Of a DNA stretch of 64,000 bases, positions 17,101 through 30,580 are shown piece after piece. How positions within the stretch are numbered: the first letter of the stretch is position 1; each line of letters opens with the position of its first letter. The notes under the pieces were generated by a model. The model was not told where the DNA came from and made no database searches. It was given only the letters and a program-made list of their open reading frames with translations. Location of the stretch: assembly GCF_964355755.1 (NCBI RefSeq), contig NC_092674.1, positions 23,746,001 to 23,810,000 of the forward strand. The letters run 5' to 3'. This DNA is from Antedon mediterranea (lineage: Eukaryota > Animalia > Echinodermata). Made by a program: the position numbers and the translations under genes.

Positions 17101-20100
17101 TTACTCTGCAATTCAAAGTTAATATTTTTAGATAAGGGGTTATCTTATTTTGTGTTTAGGTAAATTTCAGCAGGGAAACTCATAGATTTCTACGGCAGAT
17201 ACTGAAAACACCCCTATTAGGGACAAATGGTTTAGCCTAAATTTGCTAATTAATTTATGATCTACAAAATTCTAGTAAATACGTTAATACCATTCTCGTC
17301 CTTGTTTTTCACATCACTCTGTTCTTTCGTATCGCGCCAATTTGAATCCCTCCAGCTTCCTTCTCGCTGCGGTTTCTCCCGCCAGTCTTTACGATCTCTT
17401 GTGTTTTCAGCTCGATCGCGAGAATATTTTGGGGAGTTGTGTCGGGAATCCTTCCCACGATGCCTCATTGGTTCTGGTTCAATTTGAAGAGGTTTCCATT
17501 TTTGTTTCTTATCGGCTGAAAAAATGTAATAATTTCATTAGCGTCTAAAAAAAAATTCAATAAAAAATAGAAATTGTTCGTATTTTTAGAAGTGGAAAAA
17601 AAAGGTGGTCGCTAATTGGAGGTGTCTTTAATTAAACTTCATATGCAGTTAAAGGTGACAGTGAGTTATTATTTCTATAAATAACTGGCTAGGTTAAACA
17701 ATATTCATAATGTGTTGTTTTATCTGTTGTGTATTACTTTTTATTTTATTATCAGTGCTCTATTTATCACACCTGCAATGTTCCCATACAAAATTCAATG
17801 CCACGATACAACTGCATGATACCTCGTTACTGATTATGGAATTAATATTTGTGGCAATAAACTAAACTATTTAATCATTAGTTTTGCGATGTATAGAAAC
17901 AATGATATTTATTTTATTTTATGTCTCTAGGCACATGTGGCCAAGGATTACCAATAGTAAATTAATCACTGTCCTATCAGATAGGTGGTAATCCCCCTGA
18001 CAAAGGGGCTATTCTGTGAACCAGTTGTCTTGTCTCGAATGATGAACTGGGTTCTTTAAAATTCACACTGGTTATAACTCTGTGCACTGGAACTACAGTT
18101 TATAATACTTATTTGAGAAGACTTGTTCCTCAACCAGAACTAAGAGCGATTGTGCCTCAAACCGATAATGTTGGCTCTTTAGGTACGGTAAACGGCATCC
18201 CTGCCTTAACCGCTTGTCAATTTGACTAACTCATTTATTAAACGATTGTATGATATCTTTCCACTGATTATGGACTTTTAGTGGCAAGAAACCATTGTCT
18301 ATTTAATCATTAGTTTTGCGTAGTATAGAAACAAGGAATATTTAGATTATTAGAATAGAAAAACAATGTAGTTAACAACCAAACATTGGAAAATGCAGAG
18401 AATGACAGGTGACATGTTATTTAAAAATATTTTGGTCCTTATTGTAGATAACTAGATATTTTAATAAGCTGTTGTGACTTTCATTTTCATTTAATTTATT
18501 TGCAATGCCATCAATTAACATAAAGTATAAAACATCAAGATAAATATATTAACATCTTAAGCTCTGTCTACACTATCAAACTAGTTCGACAAAAAAGAGT
18601 GATGTGCCCAAATATTGTAGTGATATGCTTAAATATGGTAGTGATATGACATCATCATGTCCATATATAGGCACATCACATTGAAATTCTTCAATTCTTT
18701 CACAGGAGGTTTCATAGCATAGAGAGCTTTAAACATTAAAAACATTGATAAAAAATCAATAACTTGGGAATAAATTATGTTAAAAAGGATGCACAAAGTT
18801 GTTTAAAAGTTAAGTTAAAACAACTTAATTGCCAATGTTATTTCTTGAATATGAATGTCATACCTTTTTTCTTTGCAGCTGATGTGTTTTTCTGCGCCGC
18901 ATCAGGTTCAAGTTGTAGCTCTGCAGCAGCTTCAACTGTTTCTGCAACCTCTACTTTCACCTCCGTCTTCTTGCCTGGAGAGTTTGGTACAACCTTGCCA
19001 CCAGGTGAAACAGGAGTTGGTGCTCCCTACAAAAACAAAACATAAAATAAGTTTAATCATTTTTTTAAATTATTTAAAAAACAAATTTGTTAAATTTGAT
19101 TGTCAGTTTAATATAATGCGCGCGCAGTAAGAACTCGCAACATCTCTGAACAAAAACAGGCCTCTCGGGAGACTTTCCACAAAATAGTATTCACATTATG
19201 CAAACCTGGTTACAAGCTACATTTTGCATGTGAAAAGGGTATAAGATTTATGAATGAATCAATGAACAATACTTACATCTTTCACCTTATCCAAGGTTGG
19301 CCATGAAGACAGATCATTGAAGTCACTTGCCTACAATGCAAACAAATCGAATGGTAAAAATGTATAATGAAAGCCTTGATCGCACTAGACTCGTAGGTCA
19401 TGGGTACTTTTTACCATTGTCCACACTAGATCATCTGCCAGGTTAGTTTTATCAATATTTAATGGCAGCTTTGGACTTCAGTCCAGTGCGATCGAGTCAC
19501 CAGCCTCCTACTAGCTTTTGGCCAGAGCATATTTACAAATCATAGAAAATTCACTTTGAATTGAAATATTTTATTTATACTAGGCGACCTCTTGAGAGGG
19601 CCCAGTTATGATCAGTGACTGTGATGTACTAGTACACCGGGGTCATCTTCCTACTCGTCTCGAAAGATGTACTAGGTTCCTTAAAGTGCACATGAGTTAC
19701 ACAGGACCTACGTTTTATAGTCCTTATCCAAGAAGACTTGTTCTACCACCAGAACCATGGGACGAGTAAGCCTTGAACACTTGCCGATGTTATGGCCACT
19801 CACTCACTTTAGCTTCTAACAACAAATAAGCCAACAAAAACCCACTACTTACCACATTGTTAATTTTACCAGCTTTTACTATGGATGCTTTGGGTGATCC
19901 TTTCTTGTTGTCATCTACAGAAATCAATAATTAATGAAAGTTAGTACACAAGTCTGTATGTTATAAATGGTACTGTATATCTGTGTTTAGCAGACTTAGC
20001 TTAGGAATGTTTAGAGTGGGTGGTAAACAATTGTCGTATTCGATTTAGACTTCCACCGTTGAGTACAGTTTTTCCGTTGAGTACTTCTTTAACGGAGTAT

Positions 20101-23100
20101 TTTGAGCGTTGAGATTGTTCTTAACGAAAAAGCTTTCGTTGTCAACGTTTTCTATTCGACTGACTTTCTGTTGAGCACAAATTTACAATTCGAATACAAA
20201 AAGTACTCAACGAATCTTTACGTTGACAACGAAAGTTCCCAATCGAATACGACAAGTTACATTTACAATGAATACAAAACATTCACTATTCGTTATTATT
20301 AGAACATTATTTTTACTCAATTAATCCATTGTTTCCATATTGAAGATAATGTTAACGTAGGTGAGGCCTTTTAACAAAGTGTGCTCATGAAAATGTACGT
20401 CATCTCAATGCATTTTTAGGATTTGTATGAGCAGTTTGCAATACCCCTCTACTCTACTACTATACAATAGGTGCATGTTAAAAGAAGAAAAGGGAAAAAT
20501 ACTCTATATCGCAAAAATCATTTATTAATTACAATATTATTTAAAATATGCTAGGGCAAGGATAACCGCATGGTCTGTTGTGTACACCTGATTAAGTTCC
20601 CACTCGTCAAATAAACAGGTTTCAAACACAGCATGTTATCTTATCTTATCTGCCACATACACAATAGTAACTTTGCTACTTGTTTGTCCCATTGAAATAT
20701 CTAGTCAATTATATCATCACAATATATTTACTATCACACAATTTAAATGACCCATGAGGTCACTGTTTTAAACGGTTATTTGGGTGTACGAATTTAACAG
20801 AAATGAAATCGATATAAAAATGACTGTATATTTCTAATATAAATAGTATAGTACTGTACTATATACAGTATGCAGCAGAAACAGATGCATGAGCATTTAT
20901 ACATTAAAAGATGAAATAACTAAAGAGTAAAGACTGGAGGGGAGATACTTGTTACTTTTCAAATTCTGCTTTTAATTCAATTGACCAAGGGAATCCAAAA
21001 GGAATTGGTCCATTTAAAAAAACCACAAAAAAGAACCGATCTTAAATACTGTTTCAAAAGCCGCAATTGATTCTGGGTTGATTATCAAAACCTGTTTTAA
21101 AAACGGTTTCCGTTGAACAATTTTTAGATTCTACGCAATTGGGACTCAACTTGACCTCACCAGAAGGTCACTCACTGAATAGCGCATGCTTTTGACCACT
21201 CTGTGTGGACACTAATGCCATCAATACACAACCAACCACTAACTATCATTAAATGAGAAACTGGTTTAATTTGAATGAGTAAATATTAGACTGCAACAAA
21301 ACACTGAAAACCAATTTCCAATAACGGCGTTCTTTTGAATTTTTTTCTATAGAACTGGCCCTAAAAATTATTTCTTGTAATCACAAGGAAGGCCTACAGT
21401 ATGATACAGTCATCTAGTGTTTCATATTTTACGCGATAAGGAGTGTCCATTCACTGCTGGGCAGGTACAGTACTGATAATCCACTTCCTGTATTCAAGAG
21501 TTAATAATGTACAAAACAAGACTAAATTAGTAATTCTAGTAATTTTGTAAAAACAATTCAGCTCTGCATGGGAGAAATGGTCCTCATTAAAGAACTCCCA
21601 ATGATTGATTTATAGTAATGTATTGTTGATTTTAATATTTTTAGTTATTCAGTCTTTTTTTCCCCAATATTTTCTGTTCTGATGTTTCTTGAACCGCACT
21701 GCATACAGTATTGTGAGTGATATCAATTCATAAAAGTCAAACATATTGTACTTTTTATCAATTGGCAAAACATCCTCACTATTTGCTCTTGTTTAATGTT
21801 GTCTAGGTCTAGCCTATCACTAAGTGTTTATTTGGTGTATCTTACTACAGTCATATTTTTTTTCCATTTTTAATAGTGCTTGGGATGTGATTTACAGTAT
21901 TCTTAATCTGGCTGGCAAAATAGTTTCGATAGAATACTGCTCGAATATTGTTATTTATTAATTTATGCATTTTTACAGTAAGTATTTTTTTGTTGCTACT
22001 AAGTAATGTGCTACAGTACATAAGCCTTATTAACTGTACTGTGGAACATGCATTACAATGCTCCTATTTTTCCTATTTTTTTAAAATTTAGTATATTACA
22101 CAGAGGCACCTTACAAGATGGAACCACCTTAGCTTTAAGGCGCCTCAGATTAACACTGAATCATTATATTCAACAGTGTATTAATTTTTTTTTTGTAATT
22201 TATTATTAATTTTATAATTAATGATTTACATATAATTCAATGCATTTATAAAACTTGAAAACTTAAAATTTATTATTATTTTAAATGTTCCTAATGTTTT
22301 CTATTACCATATTGCAGTTCAATGATGTAGAACAATATGTTTCCAAAAACTGTTCTCATTTTCCTACTTTGTAAACATATCAAAATAAATATGACATCAA
22401 TAAAACTGTGTTTACATGCGTTCAATATGGACAATCATCCATTCAATAGACTTAATATATTAATGTTAATACAATATTAACAAGCACATTAAATTGTTTG
22501 ATGTTGTAATTGATCCTTCTATGAATTGCACGCTACCAAGGGAATATTTTTCAATTTTAACAGATTAGAAAGAAAGAGCTGTTTGATGAAAAATAAATAA
22601 AAAGATATACTGTATAAAATTATCAAAACTTGCATTGAATTTTACAAATCATTAATTGTTAAATGAATAATTTATAGATTACTACATTAAAAAAATGTAA
22701 TACTGTATACTGTTAACATAATGATAGTTATGGTGGTAAAAAATAGGAACATTGTACAGTAATGTGTGTATCCATACTTTGAAACGCAGCATTTTCAAAA
22801 CAGGTAAGCTAAAATTTCCTTTAATCAATTATTTATTAACGAGTAAAATGATAATTTTAGATACACGATTTAATTCACATTTGTACAAAATGGAACCAGC
22901 ACAAATACCAGTAATCTACAGTATCAAAGTAGCCACATACTGTACAGATACACGTGACTCATGTAAATTTGAAATTTCACTGATTAATTTAACTGATAAT
23001 AATTGTATTTATTTAACAATTTTTGTCTAGGCTAGAGAAAGACTATAATACCTTCATTCGATTGGTGAGGCATCTAGATTCCAAATACATTTGCTGGCCA

Positions 23101-25830
23101 GAAATACTTGAAAACGAGCTACAATATGGACAAGTCACAATTTCACACTCTCACTCCACACATACAGCCTGCATCAATGACTGGCTCTAGTAAAAGTTGA
23201 AGGGTCACTATTGGTTATGCATGAGCGCATCCTGGATTATCACAATCAGCAAGTACCAGGGCCGAGTGAAATAATCAAGTAAAGGTCGTTGGGGTCATAA
23301 TAAATAATATCAATAGACAGATAACACTACTCATGATGCAATAACACTCAAACAACATGTCGTTAAATTTTAATTAAAATATTGATTGTAATTATGCATT
23401 CTGAAAAATTACGATTGAATTAAGGGGACAAGAAAAATGATTAATTTTCATAATTATGCAGACTCATTGATGACATTATTGTGTTTGTTTAGCTGAGTAA
23501 CGCGGCAGTGACCATAGCCTAGGTAAAGTCCAGTAGCGTCACACTAGGCACAGGTGTCATTTTTTCAAGATTTACCAGATTAATTAAGAACCAGTTATTG
23601 ACTTTTTAAAATAAAGAATAAAATCTATTCACATCAAAATATTCCTCAAACCTAACCTTATAACAATTATAATTTGTTGATTAAATAAAATATATACAAA
23701 TATGTATTCAATGATTTTCGTTTATATTGCAGACTATTTTTTTCAATTTAGTAGAATTTTTAGTTTTGTTTATTTTCAATTCAAAATATCAAAAACAATA
23801 AGTTTTTGTTAAGCGCACATACAGTATCTAAGTGCTCAAGGCGCATTTGAAAAACCAAAGGAAATCTATCTATTTAAACCTACAGTACCTAAACAACTAA
23901 CTACTATTAAAAACCCACATTTTATTTTATTTAAACCAGCAAAAGTTCACATAATGACTAGAACATACTGTAACTCACAGGTGTGTGAGGATCTATTGTA
24001 ACTAGACAATCAAAAGCAAAAATCATATGCACTTCCTATATAACAGGTTATTCATTAAAATTAGGTCATAGATTTTTTATTTTTTTTTTATTTTTAAAAA
24101 CCTTACAAAATGTGAAAAATTGAAAATTCACACCGATGCCAACTATATTTTATTTTTTTTGACAGATGACATCTGAAGTTTTGAACTAAAAAAATTATCT
24201 ATGCAACTACATCCTGATAATTAGCATAAATCATACTCGTCGTAACTGTATAAGGCCATTTATAGTGCAAATTTATATAAATTTACAACAGGATTTCCTG
24301 TCTACTCAATAAGCTTAACTGCTGCGTAGCCAAATACTTCTTCTATCTATATGACCCATTTCTCTTTAAAAAAAATTTATTATAGAATTTTCTTGAATGA
24401 CAATCATATACAGTAGCACCTTCACAAGCTCAGAAATAAAAAACAATTCACATTTTGTATGCAGTGGACTATTGTACATGTGACGGACAACAACGTTTCT
24501 GTTGTAAAGGAAAGTGAACCGTGTCGAGCAGCTATATCAACCAAGTTGCGCTCATTCACGTGGCCATGACCGGGCCATAACACAAGGAATATAGCCTACT
24601 CCTTCCGACATGGAACCCTCTGAAATCTCTGCCGATACCAGTCTTTACTTGAGGATCTGAATTCCTTTTCAAATTTACCAGACTTTGCGGAAAACCAGAC
24701 GTATTTGGTCAGCCCAAAGGTGACCGAGAGTGGACTACAGTATATATATATTATTTATTTTTAGTAGCCAATGTGAACGTTCATAATCATATTATTATTG
24801 CGTGCTTAACTAGTAGTAACGGATCAATGATTTTGTGCTTTTAAGTTCTCCAAGAAAACGTGACAAGATTAAAGCTGAAAGAATATAAGTACATTCCAAT
24901 AATGGAAATTTAGCAATAAAATTGTGTGATATTTGGAAACAACAACATTTATAAATAGCCTCTCTCCAATTACTTCTACTGTACAGTATCTATCAGTAGA
25001 GCCAGGAAAGAAAATGCAAACATACCAGTCCTGGTTTGGAAAGGTGGATGCAGTCTGCAGAGTTACTATTATAGTATTATAAGTTGAGGCAATTATAAAA
25101 TTTTAAAAAAGCCATATTCACCTGTTTTTGGTGCAACTGGTTCCTTAGGAAGTGTGCTCTCTTTCTGAACCTTGACTTCCTCTTTCACAACCACTGGTTT
25201 CTCAACTACCGGTGCCGGGGGTTCTTTAGGTGCTGCCGGTGGTTTTACTTGAGGTGCAGAAGGTGGGAGTGGCGGTGGAGGAGGTGGCGACACAGGCTCA
25301 GACGTAGAGGATCTCTTCCAGGCATTTACTTTGGGTGGGGGTGCATCTTCTAGAACCACTTTCTTTGAGGAAACCTTCTCAATAACCTCTTCTTTTGTAG
25401 TTTTAACTTCTTCTTTGCCTTTCTTCTTTTCAGCTTCAATCCTCTCTTTTTTATCGGCAACATCAACTCTTGGTTTCTTTTGATTCTTGTGAAAATCTTT
25501 ACCTCTTGTTGTTGCCTTCCTTGGTACAGATTCTTCTTTGATCTGTTCTTTTAAGTCAAGAGGTGGCACGACATCATTCTGCTGTGTCTTGTTACGGTGC
25601 CATGGGTTGACCTTTGGAGGAGGTGCTGCCACAAAGGTTTTCTTTGCAGCCTTTTGATCAGTTTGTGATGCATCTTGGCAGTTAGCATCATTTTTTTGGC
25701 CCGCATCGACATCAGGTTTTACGTTCTCTTTGATGGCATCTTTGTCAACTTGCTCAGGAGACGTTATTGGGCCTTTTGCTTCTGGTTGGGACGTGTCATA
25801 GCTAGGCTGTGTGGCCACTTCAGCCGCCAT
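8165..25830 (-). CDS. LARP1: La-related protein 1 (La motif, PAM2, DM15 cap/TOP-binding region), 20 coding exons, ~1183 aa
   Basis: Exons (high-low): 25830-25122, 19914-19853, 19330-19277, 19026-18864, 17515-17291, 16892-16740, 16110-15879, 15433-15379, 15208-15119, 14528-14348, 13740-13550, 12884-12781, 12323-12092, 11732-11594, 11268-11111, 10476-10370, 9796-9651, 9256-9002, 8841-8714, 8332-8165. All are GT-AG and phase-consistent (3552 nt). Motifs: [30 protein letters not shown] repeat, La motif [14 protein letters not shown]2-like [20 protein letters not shown]15 [10 protein letters not shown]...[13 protein letters not shown]...[11 protein letters not shown]. Confidence 0.96.
8405..8653 (+). 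mobile_element. Meta-core SINE, tail type D
   Basis: Core CTATAAACCGTAGGTCC...AGAACCTAGTACATCT..CGAGACGAGTAGGGG, then a unique tail ending (AAATG)n-like. Confidence 0.75.
12985..13336 (+). mobile_element. Degenerate tRNA-SINE head followed by a LINE-type 3' tail
   Basis: TGGCTTGGTGG / GGTTCAAGTCC boxes; tail AATAAAAGATTGAATGAATGAATGAA. Related reverse fragment at ~52860-52990. Confidence 0.5.
16133..16686. mobile_element. Cluster of three abutting MITEs (pogo/Tigger-like GGGGACAC family, GCTTGGTTCCCACT Harbinger-like, family A fragment)
   Basis: Repeated CTATTAAAGGGGCAC units (~16150-16405). TIR pair AGCGTGGTTCCCACT / AGTGGGAACCAAGCT (16406-16579; relatives at ~32278-32410 and ~40160-40355). 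Family A right end at ~16585-16686. Confidence 0.75.
17909..18222 (-). mobile_element. Meta-core SINE, tail type B
   Basis: Reverse complement matches head, core and tail of 46928-47268 (AATAGCCCCT...GGGGATTACCACCTATCTGATAGGACAGTG). Confidence 0.8.
19570..19810 (-). mobile_element. Meta-core SINE, tail type A
   Basis: Reverse complement of the core and of CACAGTCACTGATCA..AACTGGGCCCTC seen at 37316-37573 and 58712-59031. Confidence 0.8.
20029..20257. mobile_element. Palindromic MITE-like element
   Basis: TTGTCGTATTCGATT / AATCGAATACGACAA termini, with internal CGTTGAGTAC / GTACTCAACG and CTTTCGTTGTCAACG / CGTTGACAACGAAAG inverted pairs. Confidence 0.65.
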
Positions 25831-27639
25831 GCTTGTTGAAAAGTTTATAATAAACTGTATAAATGTATTCAATTTCCCCTGTTCAAACACGCCAAAACAA
25901 GCAATGATATCGTATCAAAGTGTCTGTAAGAACAAATTTTTACATAACATTGCATTTGTACATCCCAATTTGTTAACATTTAATACTGCAGAGCATTTAC
26001 CATTTAATGTACTGTATAGTACAGTAGCAATAGTATTATAAAGAACTGATTCAAAAATTAGTTAACAAAATTAGTTATTTCATATTGTAATTTATAATTG
26101 TGGAATGCAGTAGATGAGAAAAAAATTCATTAAAAACAATGAAATCATTGTTTATAACAATAACATTTTATTGATGTAGAAACGAATGTAATGTCATAAT
26201 TTTCGCCAATGTACTGTACTGTAGCATAGAAAATGCTACATAATACTACCTTGTTGCTACAAATTTTATAAAAGGAAGGATGTACTGTACAATTACTCCA
26301 AATTACAGTAAGACTGATCTGCAGTAGTTATTGTTAAATCAATTATTTTAAATGAAACTTTTGTAAAATATCAATATTATTATTATCCCGATTTTTATTC
26401 ATAAATATTGTAGCATAATTAATGTTTTATTGTGTAGGAAGGTCAATGATAAAATAATGATTTAGTTTATGGCATTTATTATAATTTAGATTTTAGCATT
26501 TTGTTTGTAATTCAGTGGATTTACAATAATCAGTAATATCGGTGGTTCATGTATACTTACCGGTAGTACATGTATTTACTTTGGTGAAAAACTAACTTTT
26601 TAAATAATTTTGTATTTTTATCCAGTAACAATATTTAATTTTTGTATATTTTATTTAGTGTTAATTAATTATGGGTGTAAAGCATTTATTTATTTTGGGC
26701 TTGTGCCTATTCTTGCTCATGGAAAATTATAAATAATATCGTAACTATTAATATGCACTTCTTGTATTTTGCTGAATAAATATTAAACATACTGTACTAT
26801 CTGTAATTCTCTATCTACATTATGTCGAATGAATAAACACATAAAAAAAATCATGCAACATTTTGTTTTTAATTCGGTATGTCAAAGGTACATAATTGAT
26901 TGAATGTTCTGTAAATTCTGACACAGAATGAAACTGACTAGCCGGTCTTCTATAACTCATTACCACTATAAAGTACTATTATATTATTATTAGTCACATC
27001 CCCTTCCTGAAAGTGCAAGTCTAGAGAAGAAGTAGTAGGTAAATAATTAATAAATAAGGAAAAATTATTATCTGCATTTGTTCCTATGCAATTAACACAA
27101 TACAATGCTACATTTAATAGACCAATATACCTATATTAACAATCAGATCCTTCGATCAAACATAGTCTAGACAGGTAGGCTCAAGTTAGCTCAAAAAGCT
27201 AGGCCAAGCCTCGATTTTCTCCTCACTCTCTTTACATACAGAAACTTTAATCTCACAATAATTTACATTAAATAAATAAAATTGTGTTCTTCTTCCTCTC
27301 GCTAACCTACTAGAAATTAATTATTATGTTACGTAAGTGAATTAATATATATGTATATAACTTACTTTATATTCTTTCAAGCTAAAATCAATGAATACGT
27401 AGAACTTATTTCACGATCCATTCAATATTTATTGTTGATGGCTTTTCACACCGGCGGACTGGGGACACAAGAGAAGTGTGAACTCGCTGAATTGCACGCC
27501 TCAGAAAAACTGCAAATACTATTCACTAAATTCGCGTCTCTTTAAAATAAATTTCAGACTTTTGTGCAAAATATACATTCAGTAACATGAATCGAGCTCA
27601 CTGGTATTCTGGATTTAAAATTTTAATTAGATTTTAGGC

Positions 27640-27750
27640 AAAACACGGCGTAAATATCGCTACTTTTTCGATCAAAAGAGCTACGCACATGTCGCCATTG
27701 CCCAGGTAGAGACTGAGCATGCGCGACATAAAAAATACGTCACATAATTA
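27640..27750 (-). promoter_or_regulatory. Probable LARP1 promoter region
   Basis: CpG-retaining patch ~1.9 kb upstream of the ATG exon, which is preceded by an AG acceptor at 25833-25832 and so needs an upstream non-coding exon. Contains NRF1-like TGAGCATGCGCG and CRE-like TACGTCA. TSS not determined. Confidence 0.4.
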
Positions 27751-28816
27751 GACTTTAGTCCAGACATAGAAGCCTAACTTTGAAGTTCCTCTGAATATAG
27801 GCTAAGCTTTATAAACCGAACAAAACTAAAGAGGGCAGCAAACAATAATTCAGCATTGTGAGAGGGAAAGGGAGATTGTTTTATACAGTATATCTATTTT
27901 TTTTTTTTTAATTGAATTACTTTTCGCGCCGCGGCTCTAGCCAGCTATGTCCCAGGAGGACACATTCATTAATAAGCTGTTTCAATAGCGGTAGCTTTAG
28001 TATCTAAGGCTGACAGTTTTGTGAATTTGGAAACTCGACTATAATTTATAGGTAGCTGCTGGACCCAAAAAACGTCTGGGAGAAGAGAGTCTATATGAAA
28101 GCCTTTGCTGATAATACAGTATTATTGAGATGTAGACGGAAATCTGTAAAATCTTGTTCAATAAATAATAACTTCGTTTTTGCTGTCAACCAGGCCGGTA
28201 TTATAATAAGTCACTGTCAAATAATCATTCGATAATGGTCAACACTTTATTTTGGCTCTGTCAACATAAAGGGAGGTATTTACATGACAATGACTTTCTT
28301 TTGACTGTCAATCTAGGCCAATGTTATAATAATACGCCGTCAGATATTAAATCATTGAAACAGTCCTGGTAAATTTTTTTTTTTGGTTATCAGATGCCGT
28401 GTGGGGGTCCAATCAATTATCGTCAGAAGGTGAACAATCAGTCTAGGTAGCAGCAGCAGATTATTATTAACGCCTGCTCCATTAATTAATCCAGAAAAAG
28501 GTTTGTACATTATCTATTTGTTTATTAGCCTTCTGCTAAAACAATTATATTTTCTTTAAAAAAAGGTTTTATAAGTGGTTTCAATATTTATGATAGTAAT
28601 GTCACAGTTCTGTGTCTGGACGCAAGTTCATAGACCTACTAGTTATATTATTCATATTAACTGATACTTACTCTTCATTTACCGTAAAGTTCAGTTTTAA
28701 TGAAATATAATATAAATTGGCTTCGTAACAATTAATTAGTGTTGAAAAGGTTAGTTTTTTGGTGATAGGTGAAAATGACATGTAACTTCGTAATCAATTT
28801 ATTTTTTTTGTATAAA

Positions 28817-29174
28817 GGCCCAATTACACTATGACGATAACGACGGACGATAAATATATAGCATGCATTTTTTTTACATAAACCAAAAGAAATTAGAAAG
28901 GTTTTCGTTCTAGACCTATAGGATAATCATTTATGCTGTCTTTGATAAAAATAATTTTTTCAAATTCCAATCGAATGACGTCATGATAAATAAAAACAAT
29001 AAAATCGCTGTATTGTCACGATATTATTGGTCTTACTAATCATGACGTCATTTGATTGGACGTGTGAAAATATAATTTTCATCAAAGGAATTGTTTATAT
29101 TTCTTTTGGTTTATGTATTAAAAATGCACATTTGTCTATTTATCGTCGATCGTTATCGTCCTAGTGTATGGGCC
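28817..29174. mobile_element. Fold-back Harbinger-like MITE
   Basis: GGCCCAATTACACTATGACGATAACGA / TCGTTATCGTCCTAGTGTATGGGCC termini. Inverted symmetry continues almost to the centre (TCCAATCGAATGACGTCATGA / TCATGACGTCATTTGATTGGA). Confidence 0.8.
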
Positions 29175-29489
29175 TTATGCTGTAGGCCTAAATGTTCAAT
29201 TAATTGATCATTCCGATTTTATTAGTTGGACTCTTGCACAGTTGCTGTCTAATCGTTGTTGTGTAATATCATTTCGAACCATATTAAAATCATAAAGAGA
29301 TTCATATTCCTTAACATGTGGCTGTGCATGGAAGTCAGGTCTACAAAAACTCGGGCCCGGGATCATTGTTATTGGGCCTGAAAGTGTTGGTGAATTCATA
29401 ATTATACTTAATATTATATTTATATATATATATAATTATATAATTATACAATTGAAAGCAAAACCCGTTGAATCTCAAATCATTAGGAC

Positions 29490-30580
29490 TAAAAATTTGG
29501 CTTATCAATCAAATAAATACTTTCGTTCAAAATGAATCTCCAACCTCTCTAATCAAAAGATTGAACTCGAAAACGGACCGTTTTTTGAATTGGGTATGTT
29601 GAAACATTTCAATATTCATTTAAAAAAGTACATTAATTATGATATTGATCAGTGGCTATAGAGGCGTAAAAACCCTCGGTGAATATCATGTAAAATGCAC
29701 TGTGGAAGGGTCATTATTAAGACTGCAAAATTGGGCTTATCAACAAATAAATACTTTCGTTCAAAATGTAAAATCAAGGCTGAAAAATTGGGCTTATCAA
29801 CAACAAAATATTTTATTATTAGACGCGATAACATCAAGGATAATCAGTATAATTATTAATATAGCCTCTGTTACTAGTTTTATTCTACATGATAAAGTAA
29901 ATAAAAATCCACTAGAAAACAAACCAGTCTGAATGTTATGCTTATTAGCCATGTTATGTTTGTTACTGTAGGCCTATGATTGTTTGCAATGTCCACATAT
30001 TATTTCCGTGGGCATATCCATAGTGTATCACTCACAAAAAAGACGTGTGAGGTTCTTTCTTTAGATTTTGAAGAATGATTTGTGTTACAGGTTGACACAT
30101 GAGTCAAATGCTCAAGATATCGGCTAACGCCATGGGACCCTTGGCTTATCAATGAATAATAAATACAGTACTACTTTCGTTCAATTGAAATCAGAATCTG
30201 ACCGTTTCATTAAATTGGGTGTGATTAGGCCTAAACATATAATAATTTATTAAAAAGGTACAATAAAAACAAATGCATCAGAGGGGTAAAGAACCCACGG
30301 TCAATATCATGTAAAATGTATATGGTATAAGCACTGTGGAAGGGGTCATTATTATTAAACTGGAAAATTCGGCTTATCAACAAATAAATACTTTCGTTTA
30401 AAATGTAAAATAAGACTGCAAAATTGGGCTTATCAACAAATAAATACTTTCGTTCAAAATGTAAAATAAGACTGCACAATTGGGCTTATCAACAGATAAA
30501 ATACTTTTTTTTCAAAATGTAAAATTAAGACTGGAAAATTGGGCTTATAAACAAATAAATACTTTTTTTCAAAATGTAAG
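29490..30580. repeat. ~56-bp tandem repeat embedded in a larger duplicated block
   Basis: Unit TTGGGCTTATCAACAAATAAATACTTTCGTTCAAAATGTAAAATAAGACTGCAAAA: 4 copies at 30368-30580, about 2 at 29720-29810, partial copies at ~29497 and ~30141. Flanking sequence (ATATCATGTAAAATG..GCACTGTGGAAGGG.TCATTATT) is also duplicated. Confidence 0.85.
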
